Source: Acidobacteriaceae bacterium (GTDB lineage Bacteria > Acidobacteriota > Terriglobia > Terriglobales > Acidobacteriaceae). Taken from it: a stretch of 64,000 bases of DNA. The notes under the pieces were generated by a model, which was not told where the DNA came from, did not search any database, and was given only the letters and a program-made list of their open reading frames with translations. The DNA lies in the NCBI GenBank assembly GCA_036404255.1, contig DASWOP010000250.1, positions 11,393 through 75,392 on the forward strand, given 5' to 3'. Below, one piece after another: positions 1 to 8,840 of this stretch (positions are counted from its first letter, which is position 1; each line of letters starts with the position of its first letter). The translations under genes were made by a program, and so were the position numbers.

Positions 1-1527
1 GCCTACAGTAGCGGCAGCGTAAGCGGAGATCCAGGCGTTGTTGTTAGTATCAACTGCCAATCCGAAGGGCGCGAAGGGCGCAGCACTGGTTGCCGGACCA
101 AGGGTAACGCTCGGCGGAGAGCTGAAAGAGAAGGAGTACGGTCCGCCTGCTATCAAACCGCCAGAAGACGTTCCATTTACAAGCTGGGCACTGATGCTGC
201 TGGAGGGCATGGTGAAGCTGCCGCCGACCGCCTGCAGAACATGTCCCTGAGGATCCCACTGCACCAGCGGATTACCGGTGCTGGAAGCATTGAGGGTTGT
301 GGCAGCGGTCCACACATTGCCCTTGGAGTCAGCCGCGGCATCGCCATGACTGACTCCGTAGCGACGGCCGTTATTGTCATAGGCGCTCCAACGAATGCCA
401 ATAGCAAAATCGTTGGGATAAGTCGCAACGCTGGCCGTTCCCTGAGTGCAGGAGGTGGTCAGCGGAAACGGGGTATTGGGCACGACGAAGTCGTTGCAGA
501 GATTGAGCGCCCAGGTGCAGCCTACACTGCTACTACTACAGCTGGGTGCAGGATTGGTAAGTGCCGTGCCGACAGGAACCATGCCACCAGCAATCGCAGC
601 TTCAGGATATTCGGTGATGCCACCGGGAGCAATGGCGATGTCGTACGCGGCCTGGATGGTGTCAGCAGGTGGCGTAGCGGCGGAAGGAACTACAGCAGCG
701 AAGAGCTTGGAGCAGACGGTAGAGGCAGTATCACCCGCATTGTCAGTAGTGTTGACACACGCGGCCAGAATGTCAGCCAGCATATAGATGCGCTGGGAAT
801 CTGGCGAGACGATGGTATAGAAGGTGCTTGGTGTAGAGCCCCCCGTGACAGTGCTGGCAACAACGCTGGACGCAGATACAGCGGACGAGATGTTCACCAG
901 CGACGCGACCTGAGCGAAGGCATTCTGCAAACCGGTAACGTTGGAAGCGGGCGCACCGATGTTCCAAACGGGAGTTGTGCCGGAGAATGGCGGAGCGTAG
1001 GCGGTGATGCTCATGAACTGCTGCAGCGACCATACGGAAGCGACGGTAGTGATTTCGTTGACGTACACCGAAAGGCCGCCAGTTACAGCCGGAGAGCAGA
1101 GCGAGGGCAGCGCAAGCAGGAGGGCAGAAGAACTATTGATGCCGCCACCAGGATCGCCACCAGTGATGGTGATGTAGTTCAACTGGCCTGCAGTGCAAGG
1201 CGAGGTCGTGGTGGAAGGCAGGTCGAGGTCAAAGGTGCCACCGCCATCGGTGGATGTGTTCGTACTGGCGACATACGTCGCGCCCTGTCCATAGCCCGTG
1301 GTGGTACCAGCGGCCCACAAGGTGACGAGGCCATTGCTGATTGGCTGGCGGCCGCCGTGCGCGATACCGACCAACTTGCCCGGTACAGCAGCAGGAGCGC
1401 TGGGTGAGGTGGCGGTCTGCGAGGATTGGCTGGGAAGACTGCCACCAATGCCACAACCGGCTAGTGCAAAGGTGAGGATGCTGGCCGACAAAGCAATCGA
1501 TATGCGGAGAGAAAGCCGTCTAAACAT
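1..1527 (-). CDS. Secreted lipoprotein with CarboxypepD_reg-like N-domain and NHL/beta-propeller-like repeats; 3' end runs off the window (partial)
   Basis: Absent from the supplied ORF track. By hand, + strand triplets in phase 1 from nt 1 to 1527 contain no TTA/CTA/TCA. The ATG is the reverse complement of 1525-1527. N-terminus MFRRLSLRISIALSASILTFALAGCG (signal peptide plus lipobox). It shares NEITTVASVWSLQQFM, LADILAACVNT and TIQAAYDIA with the 13986-15884 and 49798-52167 products. Confidence 0.75.
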   Translation of the reverse strand, partial: MFRRLSLRISIALSASILTFALAGCGIGGSLPSQSSQTATSPSAPAAVPGKLVGIAHGGRQPISNGLVTLWAAGTTTGYGQGATYVASTNTSTDGGGTFDLDLPSTTTSPCTAGQLNYITITGGDPGGGINSSSALLLALPSLCSPAVTGGLSVYVNEITTVASVWSLQQFMSITAYAPPFSGTTPVWNIGAPASNVTGLQNAFAQVASLVNISSAVSASSVVASTVTGGSTPSTFYTIVSPDSQRIYMLADILAACVNTTDNAGDTASTVCSKLFAAVVPSAATPPADTIQAAYDIAIAPGGITEYPEAAIAGGMVPVGTALTNPAPSCSSSSVGCTWALNLCNDFVVPNTPFPLTTSCTQGTASVATYPNDFAIGIRWSAYDNNGRRYGVSHGDAAADSKGNVWTAATTLNASSTGNPLVQWDPQGHVLQAVGGSFTMPSSSISAQLVNGTSSGGLIAGGPYSFSFSSPPSVTLGPATSAAPFAPFGLAVDTNNNAWISAYAAATVG

Positions 1528-1786
1528 ATATAACCTCACCAAAACATATTAAAAGATATCACACTGCTAACGATTCGTTACCTGCCAATTAATGCGGATC
1601 CCAAGAGCTTTTGCTGCCAAAGGAAAGGCCTTATTTACGCGAAACATAGTCTATGGCCGCTAAATCTTGATTCTGGAGCCAATTACTTTATGGATCACGT
1701 TGCTGCCCCACTATTGATTTGTTCATATATACCATATAAGGACATTATTGTGACCAATTAATGGCGATAATCCACATCACACAGAA

Positions 1787-2746
1787 TTACTGTTTGAAGT
1801 GAGCGGCGAAACGAAAGAATTCGTCAATGGACATTGCAGAGGCAGCGCGGAACTCAATCGTGAAGCGGAGGAAGCGGCCAGGGAGAAGTGGCGTGGAGAC
1901 ACCATGGTTGAGCGCCTGCTGCAACGAGCCACAGGGGGCGGTAGTTGGTTCAGGGGCGAAGGCATATTGTTTGGTGCCGGACTCGGGCCATCCGCCGCAG
2001 CAGATCCATAGGCCGAGATATGGAAGCACTGCGGTATTGAAGCGCAGAGCCAGGCCTTGGCGCGATTGGGCACGGTAAAGCCCGCACCAGCCATGGTGGA
2101 GTTTTCCGGTGTAGAACATGTCAGCGGTGGCTGCAGTAACGGGAAGTATGCGACCGGGATGCTGAGGCGCATCAGTGGTGGGCTGCGGCCAGGGAATACT
2201 GTCTCCGCCGAGGCCGAGGCGATCATCCTTTGAGGAGTGCAGGGTTAGCGAGGTTACCTCTTCGGGGAGCAGGATGCTGTCACCGGCATCAACCGCGAGC
2301 AGCGGATGAGTGGCATAGAGGAATGAAGCCGGGGATAACCCGATGTTCTCAATCTGATAGTCGATGCGCAGGCAGGCATTGTGCAGTGCGAATGTTTTGG
2401 TGAAGCGGAGTGGGCGGCTGAAGCCATCGGCTGTAAGACAGATGGTATTGGGATGCGGCGGGGAGAGAACGCGCCATTCCATCTGCCAGAAGTCGCCATG
2501 ATCTGGAATGACTTCGCCGTTCACTTCACATTTGCTGACCGTCGGAAGACACTCTTCGATGCCGGCGCAAGCACCTTCACCAAAATGGGCAGTCCGTGAG
2601 GGGGACAGCGGGGCGAGAGAATGATGCGATTGCAGAAGGAATTCCAGACCGGACTGCTGGCTAACAAGAGATACGACGCGGCCGCCTTCGGCGGGTGCAA
2701 TGACGGCAAGGAGCAATCCGTTCTGCAGGTGCAGATGCTGAGACAT
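1787..2746 (-). CDS. Aldose 1-epimerase / galactose-mutarotase-like protein
   Basis: Track ORF 1787-2878 trimmed to the ATG at 2746 (MSQHLHLQNG...), 2 nt after the TAG (2749-2751) of the upstream kinase. Beta-rich sequence with a FAPEPTTAP strand near the C-terminus resembling the mutarotase catalytic-Glu region. Family call is from memory only. Confidence 0.5.
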   Translation of the reverse strand: MSQHLHLQNGLLLAVIAPAEGGRVVSLVSQQSGLEFLLQSHHSLAPLSPSRTAHFGEGACAGIEECLPTVSKCEVNGEVIPDHGDFWQMEWRVLSPPHPNTICLTADGFSRPLRFTKTFALHNACLRIDYQIENIGLSPASFLYATHPLLAVDAGDSILLPEEVTSLTLHSSKDDRLGLGGDSIPWPQPTTDAPQHPGRILPVTAATADMFYTGKLHHGWCGLYRAQSRQGLALRFNTAVLPYLGLWICCGGWPESGTKQYAFAPEPTTAPCGSLQQALNHGVSTPLLPGRFLRFTIEFRAASAMSIDEFFRFAAHFKQ

Positions 2747-2748
2747 TA

Positions 2749-3696
2749 CTACCTCACGTGAAGCGCAGTGGGATGCTCCGCGAGAAATGTGTGCAGAAGT
2801 GTGGCATCCCGAAAGGATTCTGTGCCGCCGGGGCGAAGGGTGGAGAGCGCAGCAGCCACGTTGCCCTGCTCCGCACATGCAGGCAGGGGCAATCCCCTGA
2901 CATAGCCCTGGAGAAAGCCAGCGTTGAAACTATCCCCCGCGCCAATAGTGTCAATCGGAGTGATTGCGACGGAAGGAATGCTCCACTGCTCCTGGCCGGT
3001 ACGCACCAGCGAGCCACGGCTGCCGCATTTCACAGCGACTACAGGTACGCGCTGGGCGAGAGAGGCAGCAGCCGATTCCACATCAGCGGTATGTGTCATC
3101 CGCATAGCTTCGTCTTCATTGGGCAGTAGTACATCGACGAGGCCAAGCATTTCTTGCAGCGGTTCGCCCCATACGTCATCTGGATCGTCATTGGTATCAA
3201 GCGAAAGGGTAACGCCGCGCTCCTTTAGTTGACGGCAAAGTGCGGGAAGGCCGGGCTGCAGCGATTTCTGGAGGAACAATGACGATATATGGAAGTGGCG
3301 GCTGGAGGCGAGGTATTCAAAATTCAGCTCGCCGCATGACATATCTGCCATGACACCCGGATAGGTGAGGATGTGGCGGGTGATGCCGTGATGCAAAAGT
3401 ATCGTGACGCCGGTCTGCAAGCCGTCAGCAGTAAGGATGCTAGAGAAATCGACACCGGCAGCCTGTAGACGCTGCAATGCGATGGTGCCAAGGGGGTCAG
3501 TCCCGACCTTGGTGATGAAGCCGACGTTCATGCCGAGTGCGGCTAGATTGTGCGCGAGAATGGCCGATGAGCTACCTAATGTAAGGCGGAAATCGTCAGC
3601 AAGAAGTTCACGCTCAACCGGCATCTGCTCAGCCAGACCATAAAGGATGAGGTCGAGGTTGATTTCACCCGCTATTGTGATGTCGAAGGGTCTCAT
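2749..3696 (-). CDS. PfkB-family sugar kinase (tagatose-6-P kinase or KDG-kinase-like)
   Basis: 315 aa with GAGDSFNAGFL (PfkB signature 2) and a ribokinase-like N-terminus. Tightly packed between the SIS and mutarotase genes. Confidence 0.85.
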   Translation of the reverse strand: MRPFDITIAGEINLDLILYGLAEQMPVERELLADDFRLTLGSSSAILAHNLAALGMNVGFITKVGTDPLGTIALQRLQAAGVDFSSILTADGLQTGVTILLHHGITRHILTYPGVMADMSCGELNFEYLASSRHFHISSLFLQKSLQPGLPALCRQLKERGVTLSLDTNDDPDDVWGEPLQEMLGLVDVLLPNEDEAMRMTHTADVESAAASLAQRVPVVAVKCGSRGSLVRTGQEQWSIPSVAITPIDTIGAGDSFNAGFLQGYVRGLPLPACAEQGNVAAALSTLRPGGTESFRDATLLHTFLAEHPTALHVR

Positions 3697-3705
3697 CGAT
3701 CCATC

Positions 3706-4752
3706 CTAGATGGTAACAACGCGACTAAGGTTCTTCGGATTGTCCGGGTCGAGGCCCTTTGCGAGACCGCGATAGCTACCAAGTAACTGTCCCCACACCA
3801 CATAAACGATAATGCGAGCAATTTCAGGAACAGGCAGTTCCAGCTCAATGAGCAGATCGGCAGCACGGCGGAGTTCGGCAGTGGCAGAGTTCGTTACTAC
3901 CATAATCTGAGAGCCTAGTTCCTTCATTTCCAGCAGAACCGGAAGTTCGCGGACATAGCCTGATTCAGAGATGAGACCGCCAACCAGAGTGGCAGGGCCG
4001 GCGATGGACTTGGGCCCATGACGAAATTCAAGAGTGTGGAAGTACTGCGCATAGGTGGAAGATGACTCCATCACCTTAAGCGCCGTCTCAGAGGCTATGG
4101 CGTAGAGCGCGCCCTGCCCCAGGAAGGCGAAGTCGTCAAAGCTCTGACCGGCGAAGAGCTCAACCTGCGAGGCGTAACGCTGGAGCAGCCGATCAAGCTG
4201 GCGTGGCAGCTCCAGCAGTGAACTGATGAAGTCCTGATCCCCCGCAATGGAGGCAGCCAGATACTGCAAAGCAAGCACCATGGAGGTGAAGGAAGAGGTC
4301 ATGACCGTACTCTCTTCGATAACGTGCAGCTTAAGGATGCGATTTGTGGTTTCAGCGAGCTCACGGCCATCGCAGGTTACAGCAAGGAATTCAGCATTCT
4401 GGGTCTGCAGATAAGCGGCTACCTGCAAGACCTCAGAGGTGTGGCCGGAACGCGAGATCAGCACGGGGAAACAATCTGCGGCCCCATGAGGAAATACGAG
4501 GCGGGGCTGAAGCAGAATTTCAGACGCAGGGACAGCACGCGCGGGTACGCCGAGCAAGGTGGTAAGACTGGCGGCCGCTGCCTGTGCAAGGTAGTAACTG
4601 GTTCCGCAACCGACGAAGACCCACTCCACAACACGAGGATCGTATCCATCAACCAAAGTGGCCAGATCCATGCGGCCCAGTTCATCCAGACACAGTTGCC
4701 AGACAACCGGTTGTCTATAAATCTCTTTCAATGTCTTCACATCGTGCGACAT
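3706..4752 (-). CDS. SIS-domain sugar-phosphate isomerase/deaminase (AgaS-like)
   Basis: Track ORF trimmed to MSHDVKTLKEIYRQP at 4752. SIS motifs VFVGCGTSYYLA and VLISRSGHTSE. A second SIS half contains EFRHGPK. Confidence 0.8.
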   Translation of the reverse strand: MSHDVKTLKEIYRQPVVWQLCLDELGRMDLATLVDGYDPRVVEWVFVGCGTSYYLAQAAAASLTTLLGVPARAVPASEILLQPRLVFPHGAADCFPVLISRSGHTSEVLQVAAYLQTQNAEFLAVTCDGRELAETTNRILKLHVIEESTVMTSSFTSMVLALQYLAASIAGDQDFISSLLELPRQLDRLLQRYASQVELFAGQSFDDFAFLGQGALYAIASETALKVMESSSTYAQYFHTLEFRHGPKSIAGPATLVGGLISESGYVRELPVLLEMKELGSQIMVVTNSATAELRRAADLLIELELPVPEIARIIVYVVWGQLLGSYRGLAKGLDPDNPKNLSRVVTI

Positions 4753-4831
4753 GCTGTCTTCCTCCGACTTGCCCAAACTTTTAATCTCAATGCATCTACA
4801 ATCAAGACAATAACACATACAAAGCAGCAAA

Positions 4832-4852
4832 ACGAAATAAAAAATAATACGA
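4832..4852. promoter_or_regulatory. ACGAAATAAAAA + ATAATACGA motif pair upstream of the AgaS-like operon; candidate DeoR/AgaR operator
   Basis: The 12-mer ACGAAATAAAAA and the 9-mer ATAATACGA both recur at 10196-10212. The reverse complement contains TTTCGTTTT. Confidence 0.35.
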
Positions 4853-4860
4853 GATCAAGA

Positions 4861-6405
4861 TTAAAGCTTTTCAAGCCATGACAATGCAGGGCAGTTTACC
4901 TCTCGATTGTGCTGAATAGTCCTTGCCATGAGTTGCTTGACCAGGGCAGCGTGTGCCCGGTCGCGATAGAGATTATTCACTTGGTGCGGATCGTTTTTGC
5001 GGTCAAACAGAACGGAATCTCCATCCTTCGCCAAACCAAGTTCCCACTGCTCTGTAAAGACACCACTCTGGCTGAAGTTGTCTTTATGTATGAAGGACAG
5101 ATCCTCCCACTTGCTACTGTCGCCACGCAGGAGCGCCGAGGCATCTCTTCCCTGCTCCTTACCCGCGCTTTTTAGCTCAAGCAGTCCGGCCAGCGTGGGA
5201 AGCAGATCCACATTGGCCACACATTGATTGACATTGGTACCCGGCGCAATATGACCGGGCCAGCACATCATCATCCCTACATGATGAGCTGGCTCATAGA
5301 GTGCATTCTTAAAGTAAATGCCGTGCTCTCCCATGTATTCGCCATGGTCTGAAGTGAAGATGATGAGGGTATTTTCAAGCAGACCTCGCTCTTTCAGCGT
5401 CCGCAGAATGCGCCCCACGTTGTCGTCTATACACTTCACCATTCCCAGGTACTCTGCCCTACGGGTGCGCAACAGTGCCTCACGCTTTGGATCATCACCG
5501 CGCGTGACACCCTCGCGCTTGAAATCCTCCTGTAGCATCTGCTCTGCCCACTTTGGCAGATCCTTCTGGTGGAAGGTCTCGGGCACCTGCATGCTGTCTG
5601 ACGGAAACATGGTCGCATACGGCTCTGGCACAGAGAATGGTGGATGTGGGTCAGGAATGGAAAGTACGTAGAAAAATGGCGACTGGCGCGGCCGTTCAAT
5701 AAACTGGATCGCCTTGTCCGTCAGCCACTCCGTGAAAAATTCTCCGGATGCCCCAACGGCATAGCTAAGATCCGGACGGCCATCCGCCTGCAGCGCCACG
5801 TAGGTCGGCGGACCGGAGGCACTCTTCGCAACAGCTGTTCGGTCAAAGCTAGCTGAGGTTGCCGCCTCGGAACGATTATCCGGCCAGTCCTTGGGGCGCT
5901 CCATAATGCGCTTCCAATGTCCTTGGTTGAACATCCACTCGTGATCGCGAAAGCCAAAAGAGCGCGAAGCAGGAATCCAGTCAGGCCAACTGGGATCGTT
6001 CTTGCCATCCAAGTGCCACTTCCCTGCATAGCCGGTTTCATATCCGGCATTTTTAAAGAGGTGCCCCAGCGTGAATTCATCAGGATTCAACGGAAGATCA
6101 TTGTGATATGCGCCGTGGGTATGCGGATAGCGTCCGGTCATATAGCAGCCGCGCGATGGGGTGCAGACCGCACTTGTCACAAAAAAATTCCGAAAGGTCG
6201 CACCGCGCTTGCCAATCGAATCGATATTCGGCGTGCCCGGCAGCGCGCCGCCAAACTGGCTCAGGGTCCACAGACTTTGCTCGTCTGTAAGAATTATCAG
6301 AACGTTTGGCTGCTTCGATGTTCCCGAAGGAAACCCCAGCCCCAGAGCAGTACCCGTGAGAGCTACCGCTCCGGCACCGACAAAACTGCGTCGTGAAATC
6401 CCCAT
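4861..6405 (-). CDS. Cys-type sulfatase (formylglycine-dependent), Tat/Sec exported
   Basis: SRRSFVGAGAVALTG twin-arginine leader. Sulfatase signature CTPSRGCYMTGRYP. DHG...GEHG downstream block. 514 aa. Confidence 0.9.
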   Translation of the reverse strand: MGISRRSFVGAGAVALTGTALGLGFPSGTSKQPNVLIILTDEQSLWTLSQFGGALPGTPNIDSIGKRGATFRNFFVTSAVCTPSRGCYMTGRYPHTHGAYHNDLPLNPDEFTLGHLFKNAGYETGYAGKWHLDGKNDPSWPDWIPASRSFGFRDHEWMFNQGHWKRIMERPKDWPDNRSEAATSASFDRTAVAKSASGPPTYVALQADGRPDLSYAVGASGEFFTEWLTDKAIQFIERPRQSPFFYVLSIPDPHPPFSVPEPYATMFPSDSMQVPETFHQKDLPKWAEQMLQEDFKREGVTRGDDPKREALLRTRRAEYLGMVKCIDDNVGRILRTLKERGLLENTLIIFTSDHGEYMGEHGIYFKNALYEPAHHVGMMMCWPGHIAPGTNVNQCVANVDLLPTLAGLLELKSAGKEQGRDASALLRGDSSKWEDLSFIHKDNFSQSGVFTEQWELGLAKDGDSVLFDRKNDPHQVNNLYRDRAHAALVKQLMARTIQHNREVNCPALSWLEKL

Positions 6406-6555
6406 CTGGCCATCCTCCGCAACACGGTAAATCAGACGAGGTATAAAGCATAATAAACATAATAAAAAGATAAAAAAAGAAGTAGACTACTCTAAAATCG
6501 AAGTGCGGGTAGCTTCTCCAGTGCACTACGACGCGAAATACTTGAGGGTATAGAA

Positions 6556-7635
6556 ATGCAGAAACAACTCACTCGGCTCATTCTTGCGGCCAGCCTGATA
6601 GGAATATCCAGCACAGCGCATGCCGCTCCGGCTATCTCCTCCATATTCCCAGCACCGGAGCGCATTGCCGCAGCGGGCGCACTACCTGATTGGGGCGGGT
6701 TTCGCACCTCCTGCCAGCAAGACCTTAAGATGACACCCTATCCGTTGGGCGACTTCTCGCCATCAGACCACTATGACAGCAAGGGGGAGAGTCCCATCGT
6801 ATCCAAGGCGCAGATCGCCCTTCATAAAGAGTCCTACATGGTCTATCGACTGGGCGTCTGCTACCAGATTTCTCATGACAGAAAGTACGCTGCAAAAGCC
6901 GAGAGCATTCTGGATTCGTGGGCCACAACGTTGACGCGTATTGGCACCGATCAGGGAGAAGACGAATTCAACTTCTTCACACCCTTCGCGCTGGCATCGG
7001 CCTATGCGCTGAAGAGCGACCCTGCATGGGACTCTACCCGCTTCGCCCTGGTTGTTCGACAAAGGTTTGTACCAGCGCTTCATACGAAAAAAGCTAACAA
7101 CCATGGCAACTGGGGTGTCTTGCTGGAGCTGACAGCCGGCTCGTTTTTGGATGATGCTGCGCTTATCGACTCGGCGCGTGATCGTTGGCTGGAACTGATG
7201 CGGAATCAGGTGGCAAGCGACGGATCACTGCCGCTGGAGATATGCCGTAGTGACACCACGAACTGGTGCGGCGGGCCAACAAAGGGTATCAAGGGCATCA
7301 GCTACGAGCACTGGACGCTACTGCCAGTCACCATTGCGGCTGAAATATTCAAAACACTGGGAATGGATGTGTATACAACACCCGAGGGTGCGCTGCTGCA
7401 CAAGGCGTATGCAAAGGTGGCGGCATGGACACTGCATCCTGAGACCTTCCCCTACTATGCGGCCAACGGCGGACATCTGCTGGGTGTACGCAACGACACG
7501 TACTTCTACATCCTGCAGCAGGTCTTCCCCGAAGCGGATGCGGCGACACTCCAGAAGAGTACCGGCGGTTTCCAGAGAGATGACCTCAATCTCAGCGCAC
7601 TATACGGCACTCCCAAATTATCTACTGCTCATTAG
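6556..7635 (+). CDS. Secreted alginate-lyase-domain (PF05426-like) polysaccharide lyase candidate
   Basis: Signal peptide MQKQLTRLILAASLIGISSTAHA. NNHGNWG resembles the NNHSYW catalytic block of AlgL-type lyases, with R and Y residues downstream. Recalled motif only. Confidence 0.55.
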   Translation: MQKQLTRLILAASLIGISSTAHAAPAISSIFPAPERIAAAGALPDWGGFRTSCQQDLKMTPYPLGDFSPSDHYDSKGESPIVSKAQIALHKESYMVYRLGVCYQISHDRKYAAKAESILDSWATTLTRIGTDQGEDEFNFFTPFALASAYALKSDPAWDSTRFALVVRQRFVPALHTKKANNHGNWGVLLELTAGSFLDDAALIDSARDRWLELMRNQVASDGSLPLEICRSDTTNWCGGPTKGIKGISYEHWTLLPVTIAAEIFKTLGMDVYTTPEGALLHKAYAKVAAWTLHPETFPYYAANGGHLLGVRNDTYFYILQQVFPEADAATLQKSTGGFQRDDLNLSALYGTPKLSTAH

Positions 7636-7649
7636 TAGGGATGCGCGGA

Positions 7650-8828
7650 TCATATATGCTGGAGCGACTTATGCGATCCTCGCGCAAATCGGTACAGCTC
7701 TGAACCGGCAAGCAGAAATGCCCCGACGCCATACACGTAGCTGGATGTGGGCTTGAACTGCCCCGGTGCAGCATCGACTGGTTGGATACACCCCAGACGT
7801 CCATCTGCATAGATGTGCGCGATCATGCCCTGCCATGCCTTGCTCACTACGGGCCCGTATTCCTTGCGTGGAAGCAGGCCTGCGTTGATACCATACGCCA
7901 TCGCATAGCTTATAAATCCGGAACCACTGATCTCAGGCAATGGATAGGCCGCTGCATCTAGTAGACCGGAGCGCCATAGGCCATCCGCGCCCTGCAGCAT
8001 GGCCAGCCTTGCAGACATCTGCTGGAACTGCTCCACATACTTCTGCCGCGAGGGACGGTCCTTCGGCATGTACTGCAATACACGAGCGAGACCAGCCATT
8101 ACCCAACCGTTTCCGCGAGACCAGAAGAGCTTCTTGCCATTCGCTTCCCGCTTGTCAAAGTAACGCTTGTCACGGAAATACAGGTGCTCCATCGTGTCGT
8201 AAAGCGAAGCCGACGTGATCCACCATTCGCGATCCAGAAAATCCAGATACGCCGTATCGCCCGTAGCCCTGTAGAGTCGCGCGCATACCGGTGGCGCCAT
8301 AAAGAGTGCATCGCACCACCACCACAGCGGCTTCTGCGGATCATCCGGCAACTGCATCATGCTCTCAAACCGCTGTCTGATCGGAGTCAGCATCACCGGA
8401 TCGCGATGCTTCAGGTAAAGCTCCAGATACGTCTGCCCCACAGCCTGATGATCAGCATGGGTGGAATTCAGGCCAGGCTGCCAGTGCAGTTTCTGCCCCA
8501 TCTCCATCATGGCCGCCTCGTATTTGGGATCATGCAGAGTTGCACCGCACGCCATGAAGCCCGCGTACAGGGCAGCAAACGTCCAATCATCGTTGAAGTC
8601 CCTACGCGCGCGATATAACTCCCATCCACCCACACGCTCCATGGCCTTCCGTATGGCGCTGTGCGTGAGGTTGCCGGAAAGATCGCTAGCCAGAGGACCC
8701 GCATCCTCTGGGGAATCACCTACCGCCGGCAGTTTTTCAGCTGAAGTCTGTGCCAGCAGATCGCCTGCGGAAGCGGCAAGGCAGGCAAAAGGGAGGGTAT
8801 AGATGAATCGACGGCGTGAAGCCTGCAT
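7650..8828 (-). CDS. GH88/GH105-type unsaturated glucuronyl / rhamnogalacturonyl hydrolase
   Basis: Signal peptide. WWWCDALFMAPP and SRGNGWVMAGL blocks typical of YteR/UGL-like (alpha/alpha)6 hydrolases. Confidence 0.8.
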   Translation of the reverse strand: MQASRRRFIYTLPFACLAASAGDLLAQTSAEKLPAVGDSPEDAGPLASDLSGNLTHSAIRKAMERVGGWELYRARRDFNDDWTFAALYAGFMACGATLHDPKYEAAMMEMGQKLHWQPGLNSTHADHQAVGQTYLELYLKHRDPVMLTPIRQRFESMMQLPDDPQKPLWWWCDALFMAPPVCARLYRATGDTAYLDFLDREWWITSASLYDTMEHLYFRDKRYFDKREANGKKLFWSRGNGWVMAGLARVLQYMPKDRPSRQKYVEQFQQMSARLAMLQGADGLWRSGLLDAAAYPLPEISGSGFISYAMAYGINAGLLPRKEYGPVVSKAWQGMIAHIYADGRLGCIQPVDAAPGQFKPTSSYVYGVGAFLLAGSELYRFARGSHKSLQHI

Positions 8829-8840
8829 AGCGGAATTTCC

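Noticed and set aside
241-1407. 388-aa + strand ORF, the longest track entry in the first 1.5 kb
   Set aside because: It is in exact codon-phase antisense to a 509-codon minus-strand ORF that has a signal peptide, a lipobox and two paralogs in the window. Its own product is Arg/Gly/Ser-rich with no motif, so it is a typical high-GC shadow ORF.
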